From the NCBI GenBank assembly GCA_964276515.1, contig OZ193909.1:21328001-21392000 (forward strand): a DNA stretch of 64,000 nt, in the 5' to 3' direction. The notes under the pieces are model-generated. The model did no database searches. It was given only the letters and a program-made list of their open reading frames with translations, and had not been told where the DNA came from. Positions 54,316 through 64,000 of this stretch are shown here, piece after piece. The position numbers and the translations under genes were made by a program. Position 1 is the stretch's first letter, and every line of letters begins with the position of its first letter. Source of the DNA: Gordius albopunctatus (taxonomy: Eukaryota).

Positions 54316-55079
54316 ATTGACTAATTGAACTAATTTTATTCATTAAGAAGTTTATTTATGGGCAGGGCAAAGGGGTTAACTCAAAAGGGGAGTATAATTT
54401 TGTTTATTGTAATATTATTTATTAAATATGTAAACTTTAAACTTAATTAATTGCTACATAAATATTTTCATGGACTTGTTTTTATTAAATATTCCATTAA
54501 TTTAATGCTTATTTTTTAGTTGTGGTTGAAAGAATTTGAGATCGCAAAGTTTCGGGCCTAACAGGCAAATTTAATATTTCGCACCGGGCAGTTCGGGCAG
54601 CTTTAATGTTTCGGACGGGCCCGGGCGGGCACCTAGAAAGTTTGGGCGGGCAATGAAGTTAAAAAATTGAACCGGGCCGGGTTCGGGCAAAAAATTCCAT
54701 ATACCCCTGAAACTAAAGATGTTGTAAATGCGTTTTTATCTAAAAATCGTCGATATTGATTTTGAATTTGTATCATTTTTATATTGTATATTTAATAAAA
54801 ATAAATGTTTGTTGGAATTTTACTTTTAGTATTTTTACGCTATTGTCACTTTAAACTTTCAGGGAAAAAACATTTGTATCCAAAAAAATAGTTACAAAAA
54901 ATTTTCACCTTGAAAATTTATAACCTTTGCCCCCCCCCCCCTGAGGAAATCCTAGTTATAGCTATGAATGGAGTGGTAAATATAACCAAAGCATTTTTTA
55001 ATTTCGCCCTTCCTCATCATACCTGATGTCGTAGTATTAAACTGGTGTTTAAATAATTTGAATATTTTAATTCATTAGA

Positions 55080-56014
55080 ATTAATGCGAGATATGGGGGA
55101 TCAGGGTATTTTTATAACTGGAACAATTAGAAAGGATAGGATCCAAAAAGCTCCCTTAAAAGATTTGAAAAAGGCAGAAAGAGGAGTTTTTGACGTACTT
55201 CGCGATGAAGAGAGAAAAATCACTCTATATCGGTGGAACGATAACAATGAGGTTACATTGGCTTCAAATCGCAATGATGCCTTAGCCAACACGTTCACTC
55301 ATTGTGTTCGTTATAATTCTATTGCCAAGAAGCGCATAATGGTTCCGCAGCCCAGTCTTGTGGCGGAGTATAATAAAGGAATGGATCGAGTAAAAATTCG
55401 TTCAAAAAAATGGTAGTGGCCTATAATCCGTTTTTGTTTGAACTCATCTGTAGTCAATGCATGGCTACTTTATCGGGATTCAGAGAAAGGGATTCCCTTG
55501 TTGCACTTTACCCGAACAATAAGTATCCCCTTACTCGCGGCGTCAAGTATACCGCGAGTAAGGGCGGGCTACTGCCAATTCACGCAACGTATACGACGAG
55601 GTTAGATACGGTAATAAGGCGCATTGGCCTGCCAGAAACCCCACGCAGAGAAGATGCGCAGCTTGTACTAAGTGTGCTAAATATATTTGTAGTAAATGTA
55701 ACATCGGATTGCACATTGAATGTTCCACTTTGCATCATACCCGATAATTATCCTATTGACTTAATAATTATATATTAATATTTCACATTATAATGATGAT
55801 AAGGTAGTGGGAGCTAATCATTTGCTAACTGCGATTTATTAATACATAGCGGGGTGAATTTAAGTCTCCCAGCGTATGATGATATATACGCTGCTTAAAA
55901 AACATAGTTACAATTGTTTTTCCGAAAAAAAATGTTATTTTGGTACATAATTAATAAAAAATCTTGAATTTCAAGTTTTTTCATCGAGGGGTTCTATGTT
56001 CAGGTTTTAATGGG
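55080..56014 (+). mobile_element. piggyBac 3' remnant (PGBD2/3-like) with intact right end
   Basis: GTIRKDR, RWNDNNEVTLASN, QPSLVAEYNKGM, VVNAWLLYR and a Cys-rich C-terminus CAAC...CSKCNIGLHIEC. It ends aatggg followed by TTAA (56015-56018). Confidence 0.85.
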
Positions 56015-56018
56015 TTAA

Positions 56019-58813
56019 GATCCTTCCGAACTTGGATCGGATTAACATTTTAATTTTGGAAGTCGGATCGGATCGGATCACATTTAATTTTAGTCGGATC
56101 GGATCGGATTTTCAAATTTAAAATAAACAATAATAATTAAATTAATAATTTTTAGTATACCTTTTCATAATTATCTTTGCATTCTATTTTTACTTTACCA
56201 TTTTTGATGCCCAATACCACCTCCTCACCACTTACTTACCATAATATATTTATCAGTATTCCCCTAGCGTTTTTCCCTAGCTAGACGTAGAGTAGACACG
56301 CATCTCTTTCCATTTCATTTCAACCCAACTCCGAAAATCATCAATCACTCCTCTCCCCTTTCCTTAAAGCACACGCGTACCTGCTTTCCCTCTTGATTCC
56401 TGTCGGGGTAATCATGAATGATGTAGCTGCTTGCCTTCTTAGAAGCAATCACGCGTAGCTCCTTTCCCTCTTGATTTCGGGTAATCATAAATGATGTAGC
56501 TGCTTGCCTTCTTAGAAGCAATCCAATCTCCATGGTGCAGCAGGGGTATTGTCTGGCTGGTGTGAGTCACGCTGACTTAAGGGGAAAAAATAATGGGGGG
56601 GGGGGTGTTGGAAATAATCATTTGGATTCGTAACAGCTAGCAAATACATTAATATTGTTTATCATATAAAAAACCGTCATGGAAGAAATAATAAAAAAAA
56701 TTTAAAAAAGTCTTCTCAAACAAGTTAAAAAACAAGATGGAAAAAGTCAAATTTGGAGTTACTTTGACCTTCTAAATGAAAATGATAGATACACCGGTTA
56801 TGTTATCTGCAAGAAATGCCATCATATCTACACATATAATTCCATTCGAGGTAGTTCCCATCTTTTGCATCATAAATGTATTCCAAAAACTTCAGCTAAA
56901 AATACTCTTGACAAATTTGTCACCAAACCTCTCGCTGAAATCACAAAATTAAAAAAAAATTTGGAAAGCATATAATTTATTTTATTTCAAAAGATATTCG
57001 ACCGTTTTCAATCGTTAACGGGGAAGGATTTAGAGCAATGCTCCAAGAAGCTCTGAATATTGGTGCCATTCATGGTCATATAAACGTTGATGAATTACTT
57101 TCAGATAGGACTACCTTAAGTAGGAATACAGCAAAACTTGCAGGTGTAAGTAGAGAAGCATTAATATTAAAGTTACTCCTCCATTTAAAAGCAAAATCAT
57201 GTTCAGCCACTCTCGACCTCTGGACAGATGACTTTGTCAAAATAAACTACTTAACATTTTCTTTACATTATATATCCCTCGGAATCCTACATAAGCATAT
57301 TCTTTTCACTTCGAAAATAGACGTTGAAAAAAAACAGGGGAAAATATTTTAAGAGAAATATCTGTAAATTTTGAAAAACTTCACATCCCTACGGAATACA
57401 TGAGATTGATAACTTACGTTACCGATCAGGGTTCTAACATGGTCAATGCCTTGCAAAATGATAAGCGAATGAATTGCACGTCCCATTTACTGCTCAATAC
57501 AGTACTACGAAACGTATTCAATAAAAATGATTTTACATTCCATTACCCTCAAATCAATGACTTGATACAAGCATGCAAAAAGCTAAGGACATATATGAAG
57601 AAGCAAAGTGGCAAAAATAAATATTTAAATCATACATTGCATCAAGCAATAGAAACAAGATGTAACTCCACCAGACTCGACATGTTTGAGAGCATATTGA
57701 AGGAGTATAAAGAACTGACCACACATCTAACTTCTATAGATATGCCAGAGAAGATAGATGTGATTGATAAAAATTTGCTGACCAAACTAATAGAAATACT
57801 CCGGCCCTTTAAAACGGCTTCTTTAGTTCTGGAAGCTGATCAACACCCAACCTTTCACAATATATTGATTCAATATTACCAATTACTCAGTGATCTTTCA
57901 CAATCAGACCACGAGCAAATTGATGATTTTGAAGAACATCACGAAATTAATGATCTTAAAAAAGATATTTGTACCACCCCCAAGTCAAAATTTCTAATCA
58001 CTCAACAACATAAAATTGCCACATTTTTATGCCCAAATTATCGCAAACTCAGGATGCTCCTCCCAAATGAGCGAGTAGGCGTAATTAATGAAATAAGATC
58101 CACACTAGCGTCTAAGGATTTTTTCGTAGATTCTGGAGCTGAGATTGAAAATTATGCGGCAAGTAGTAGTGATAGTCAGCCTCAAAAAAAAGACAAAAAA
58201 GTAATTAACATACATTTAAATATGTATTATATATATATATTTTTTACATAAAATGAATTATTTAATTTATATTTTAAAATAGTTAATCATTGGGAAGATG
58301 AGCAGGAATAAGATAAAGCCCCCGATGAAATCTCAATTTACCTTTAGTTAAAAAATGAAGATTGCAAATATGATTCAAAAAAAGATTTGCTGAAATGGTG
58401 GGTTTCATATCAAACAGTCCTGCCAAGGCTTTATAAGCTGGCAAATAAATTCTTAGCTATACCTGCTACCTCTACCACTTCGGAAAGAAATTTCTCGGTG
58501 GCTGGAAGAACATTAGAAGAAAGAAGAACGCGAATTAAACCAGAAAATTTAGATTCTTTATTATTTTTATATGATAATATGGAATTAGTCAAATAAAATT
58601 TTATATTTATTTCAGGTCTATTAAAATTGCATTACCTTATTTTTATGTATTTTTAATTTAATCATCAATAAGAAGTTATGTTCGTAAAATTTTAATTAAA
58701 AAATGTCGGATCGGATGGGATTTAGATTTTAAAAAACTCGGATCGGATGGATATGAAAATTTTCAAAAACCCCTCGGATAGGATCAAAAAAATTTGATCC
58801 GTGCACACCTCTA
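56019..58813 (+). mobile_element. Degenerate hobo/Hermes-like hAT transposon (transposase remnant about 56679-58596)
   Basis: BED-finger remnant (IWSYF...CKKC...HLLHHKC), LDLWTD, TDQGSNM, CTSH, ETRCNS and PATSTTSERNFS, with frameshifts, stops and a probable intron at 58201-58282. Subterminal (CGGAT)n repeats at both ends; right terminus gtgcacacctcta, but no matching left TIR seen. Confidence 0.88.
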
Positions 58814-58819
58814 TACTGA

Positions 58820-59830
58820 TTATCCCTAATAAGAGCGGAAACTTTATTAATTGCTATGCAATTTATGGGCTCGATTTTTGGTGTCCGTTGTCCATCCGTC
58901 CGTCCTCCAACGTTCTGACTTGCTGGTTCGATACCAGGAGACGACAATTTTTTTTTAAAAAATTAAATTCATATATTGGTCTTGTTAATACCATTGATAA
59001 TATGACTATTTGGCCGTCCGCTGGCTACTGACCAATGAAAAAATGACCATTGGCCAAATTGTGAATATGACTATTTGGCCGTCCGCTGGCTACTGACCAA
59101 TGAAAAAATGACCATTGGCCAAATTGTGATTCGAATTTTTTTTTTTCGTTTTTGAATTGGTGTATTAGGTTAACATTGATAATTACCCTATGGCTTCCTC
59201 TACAAGGCCCTATTCTCTGATATGGGTCCCTGTGCCCCCCCCCTACAAAAACCTATGCCTCTACTGATGTGGGTTCGATTCGAATACCGGCGAGGGCATA
59301 TTCTTAATTGCTGGTTCGATACCCGGAGACGACAACTTTTTTTTAAAATTAAATTCATATATTGGTCTTGTTAATACCATTGATAATATGACTTTTTGAC
59401 CGTGTCCTGGCTACTGACCATTGAAAAAGGGACCATTGGCCAAATTGTGAATCGAAATTTTTTTTTCGTCTCTTATGTATTTATATCTTTTTTGACCATG
59501 TCCTGGCTACTGACCAATGAAAAAATGATCATTGGCCAAAGTGAGATTAAAATCGATTTTTGATTATAATTATAGGCTAGTTATTTGGCTGTCTGCTAGC
59601 CATTAGAAAAGATCCCCACTGGCCAAAGCGATGGAAAATTTGTATAAATAATTAACTAATCATTTTGCATTTTATCCCCCCTAACCCTATAGGCATTCTC
59701 GCCTCTTCCCACCTTTCTGGCCCATAAATTGCATAGCAAATATGCTACTTTTATACAGAGTATAGAAGAGTTCCCCCTTCCCCTACTCCCATTCCCACGA
59801 GGATCGAAGGCCCGAGTTTGGTTTTTTGTT
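58820..59830 (+). mobile_element. Helentron/DINE-like non-autonomous element with internal tandem repeats
   Basis: Perfect 20-bp asymmetric inverted repeat (58851-58870 / 59720-59739), a (TCCG)-type microsatellite near 58890, and a 3' GC-rich hairpin-like gaggatcgaaggcccgag before a T run. Confidence 0.55.
58999..59128 (+). repeat. Perfect 65-bp tandem duplication with degenerate copies up to about 59630
   Basis: aatatgactatttggccgtccgctggctactgaccaatgaaaaaatgaccattggccaaattgtg at 58999 and 59064; related units near 59385, 59490 and 59575. Confidence 0.9.
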
Positions 59831-60139
59831 ATCAATTTCGAGTCACATACTTTAAAAGATATGGATGTATATAGTCAAATTAGTCTCTAATTAAAATTTT
59901 TGATAGATGGCGCTAATTATAGTATACTTTTAATTTAGTTGTGGCACTCCTAAAAGATGTTATTATTATTTTCTTCTGATTTTATTATCAAACCCGCAGT
60001 TTATTAATTAATTTTAAATATAAATTACTTTCCACATTATAAACTGGGCTTGTGCATTATTTTCCATAATTTTATAAATGTGACGATTGTTCATATAAAT
60101 ACAACTTACACTCCTATTTAGACATATTAAGTGCAACGT

Positions 60140-61455
60140 TAATTTTTTATTTATTTTTTTTTATATTTTGTTTATTTGAACGTAAGAACAGTATAAAAAC
60201 AAAGTGTCAACATTCGAAAAATATAAAAGCGGGTGTAAAACAAAATAAAAATATTATGATTCAAAAATGTCGCATGTGTCATCTTGTAAAAGTGACCAAC
60301 TGTCGGCCAGGGATTTAAAATTGTACTTTGCTATAAAAACACCAATTTTTTGTTTAAGTAAAAAATTTGTGGAATATTTAAAAGACGGGCAGCGACGGCT
60401 GATTTCTTTAAAAAGCTTAATGGCGTCCGGACCAAAAGTGCCAGAACATGAGGCAACGATAGGGGTAAAGATATTAGAGGGCAGGAGGGCCTGGTATTTA
60501 ACCGTTTTGCGGTGTTCGGCGAGGGTCAGAGCGTTGTAGTTGTGGTTAGAGGGGGCGAAAATGTGTATGCAGGTGAAATCCCATTTAAGGGGTAGACCAT
60601 ATTGCCAAGGGATAAGGGTAGAGCCGTCTGGTCGCATCCTTCCCTCCAACGAAGGGTCTGACGGCTCTAAAACGGAGGGAATGTTGGCTTTTTTAAAAGC
60701 GGCCTGGATAAGGCTATTCACCTTTCGTGCCTTGTGTATTTAATTTTATTGTAAAGGCAGTGTAGGGGGTGCCTCGCATAAATGTCTACATTCTGGGAGC
60801 AGTTGCGACAGGAAAATTCCTTTCAATAGGGAATTCCTAGTCTGAGGGCGATGGAGTATGCAAGCTCTGGGTCCTCTAACATCAGTGCAGAAAGTGAACT
60901 AGGATAAGCTTCTAGCCACTCGTGACCCGATCCGTCAAAAACCAAAGATTTAAGGTTGAAGTGCTGGCGGGCGTCGCAACTCGATAAGAGGTAATCAACG
61001 GAGCACGATACGAGGCCAGCATCCCAATCCTTTTGTCTTGAGGTTATGGGGAAGGGGGTCCCTGGGTTGACGTTGGCAGACCAGACATCTAGAGCGTGTA
61101 CAAACGATGGGTCTTCGCTTGTTGTTATTAATCGGTCGATCAAACCTTGGGCGGATTTATACGAGGAGATAAAGGCTGCTAGTGAAATTGAGGTAGCTGG
61201 GCGTATGCCTAACCCGCCAGCTTTAGTATGGCTTCTAGCGTGTTTTTCATAAAGCTATCGTAGCCTTTTAAAATCTCGAGTAATAAAAAAGCTGCAGATG
61301 ACCGGAAGCAGTGTTGAATTTTTGAGATATTAAAATAATATCTCAAAAATATAAAATGCGTGGTGTTTGGGGAGGGTATTAAGAATGTCCATCTTGGAAG
61401 TAAGGGTTGATAGGTGACTATGTAGAAACTCTCTTAAGGCGATTTGTCGACCTAT
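60140..61455 (-). mobile_element. 5'-truncated CRE-like element of a second, diverged subfamily
   Basis: Same architecture as 49003-50380 (GGLGIRP, RQKDWD, LRLG, EPSDPSLEGRMRPDG, WDFTC) with many substitutions, frameshifts and a degenerate A-rich tail. Confidence 0.85.
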
Positions 61456-64000
61456 TGTAATTTTTTAAAAGGTAAAACCCAAACAACGTTTGGCTCCCAA
61501 GCCTGACAAATTATTAAAAAATAGGAAAACTAATCTCTTTACCCTTTTTTGTGCGACAGAAATTCGACATAATTAGTATCTGTAAATATGATTAATTAGC
61601 CATAGCGGAATACTTTCCCAATATTTACATTTCTTGACTTAATAATTTATTTATCTCGCCTTCACCAAATAAGTAATTTTATTTGTAAAAATACTAAAAA
61701 TTATTATTTAAATGGATCATTTAACTGCATTATCATACTTGTTTTTGATTATAATGAATTTTGTTGAAATATGTTCTTATTCCAATAAAAAAGCTACTCA
61801 AGGCTCTGCTATGAGCTTTAAGCTTAAGCCTTTAGCCAGTCTTAATCAAAGATCTCAATCAGCTCAAATGTGTACCAAGTCAAATATATGTAAACATTCA
61901 AATTTTTAAGTCTATATATATATTTGACAGACGCATAATTTGATACAAATGTTATAATATGATGCCATAAATAACATACCTTATTATCATATTATCTATA
62001 CTTTAAGTTTATTTTTAGTTTTTTTTTAATTTGCACTTTTTATAGAAAACGTTATATTCATTGATTGGTTCATATTTTCTATGACATGTCGCCTTAAACA
62101 TTTATCAAGTTTGTGTATTAAAGTCTTTCCAAAAATAGTTTGTCATTTTTTATTTTTTAAAATTTATCACTTTTTAATAATTTTAATTAATCAGGAAAAA
62201 TTGTTATTAGTATAACAATTTTTTAAAAAGTCGAGAATTCTCGTCAAGACGAGACGAAGACTTTTTTTAACCAAGACGAGATTGAAACACTAGTTTTATA
62301 TGATATTTTTTAAATTTTTAAATTATTTATTTTTTGCAATAATGAATTGAGCAATTATTATTTTCTCATTGAGATTTTTAAATAATAGATCTCGAAAGTT
62401 TAAATCCTTTAATATGGCTGAAAATTAAAAAAGCAATGTAATTTTTGTTAAATAAATTTAACCTTGCAGATATTTCAAAATTCATAAATAGCTTAATGCC
62501 GAACGGCAAATACTTCGCTCGTTGGAATAAATAAAAACTCGTTTGAGATCGATAATAATTGTTATCGATGATTTTTACATAATCAATATTGAACACTTTT
62601 ATTAAATATTGAAAATATATAAAAAGCTTTAAAATATAAACGAATCGGCACGGGCTCAGTCTAACTTCTGGCCATTTAGACAGGGGTAATAATGTTTTAG
62701 CCATAAATTTATAAAAAGTTTTACGATTTTTTGGATTTGGGAGGGGGGGGGGCAGTCGCCCCTTTCTGCCATACCCTGGCTACACCCATGAATGCAACTT
62801 AATTTTGATTCAAAAATAATGATATTTCCCCCTGGTTATTTCCTTCTTTTTTAAATATTGAAGTAAATATACTTAAATTTCTGCAGATTTCTACAAATCG
62901 TTTGGGTTGTACATTAAAATGCAATTAATACAACTATGTTCTAATATCCAATTTGAAATATTCATGGCAAAACCTAGAAGAATATTGAAATTCTTATGGT
63001 TAATTCAAAACAGAACACTTCTACAAAATCAAATACGCCACTACACATGCGCCCAGCCAGGAGGTGGCAGGAAGAAGCGGCTGCCCCCCCCCCTTTTAAA
63101 TCCGAAATTATTTAATTTTTAATATAATTAAGGCTAAAATTATTCAAAAAAAATTATTTTGCCCTTCCCTAACCCCCTTTAAATCAAACCCTGACTAAGC
63201 CCGTGCCACTAAATTAATAATCCAACTGTTTTATGTCACCTTTTTACGACCCTTGGGAATTTAGCTTCTGAGGGTACACACGAGGCCCACAGAATTTATC
63301 TATTATATCAGAAATCAGGACGAAAAGGGTAAAAACCAATACAATTTCTACTATCCTTGCCTCTATGCCTGCTCATCGATCTATTTGAAACAAAACGTCT
63401 ATTAACTTAAAAAAAGCATTTTTATCAAACGAGAGCACCTATTCAAATTTATCATTAAGGGGCCCATGGGGTGTAGCCAGTAGAGGCAGGGGCAAAACAT
63501 AATTTGTTTTCCATTTTTAAGGGTTTTTGCATTGGGGGGGGGGCCCTGCCCCCACCCGGGCTGCGCCAATGAAGGGGCCATTGACAGGTCAGCTCACAAA
63601 ATGCATTATTTTCCCACATGTGCTGCGCTTTAAGTTTAGGAAGTTAAATAAACAAGGAAATTGCCCCCCCCCTCCCCCCTTAGCATATTCCTATTTCTTG
63701 TTATGCTCCATGACAAAAGCAATCTCGACCTTTGACATGAGGTTGTGGAATTTTTCAATTTTTGTGTGACAAATAAAGGAATTTCTTTTGCCTCCTCTAT
63801 ACATTTTTCCAATATCTCCAGGATGCGGAAAAACAAGGGGTTTAGAATGGATATGTTACCTACTACTACTGTCAGATCTCCCTTTGTCTTTTTCCCTTCC
63901 CCTAACCCCTTTTTTACCAGAGATCCCCGTAACAGAAAATTAAAAATTTGATTTTAATATGTAATATTTTCCAAAATTGTTTGCACATAAAATATGATTC

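Noticed and set aside
58999..59630. CRISPR-like array
   Set aside because: The 65-bp units are adjacent or degenerate without regular unique spacers, there are no cas genes, and the context is eukaryotic.
63580..63951. Overlapping short ORFs at the window end
   Set aside because: No recognisable domain, and adjacent to MITE-like GC-rich fragments.

Overview
AT-rich, intron-containing animal genomic DNA, not prokaryotic. Positions 1-38922 are a head-to-tail tandem array with an 18,488-bp unit: the end of one unit (1-1946), then two full units (1947-20434 and 20435-38922). Each unit carries a complete divergent 7-TM GPCR gene on the minus strand and the first four exons of a PM20D1-like M20 peptidase gene. 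Only the last PM20D1 copy continues into exons 5-8 and is complete (539 aa, 35125-41769). The unique part holds a three-exon selenoprotein MsrB1 gene that the ORF track misses (in-frame UGA plus a canonical SECIS), with an intact tRNA-Thr(CGT) gene inside its 143-nt first intron. Transposons are dense throughout: CRE-like and RTE non-LTR elements, hAT and piggyBac remnants, Helitron/Helentron-like elements, a solo LTR and several MITE families. The most striking object is a near full-length RTE LINE (50942-54315) fused directly behind a tRNA-Val copy that has an encoded 3' CCA and a GAC anticodon. Both are what a cDNA of mature, inosine-edited tRNA-Val(IAC) would show, which suggests a reverse-transcriptase template jump and a possible proto-SINE. 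All family assignments come from motif recognition by eye, not database searches.
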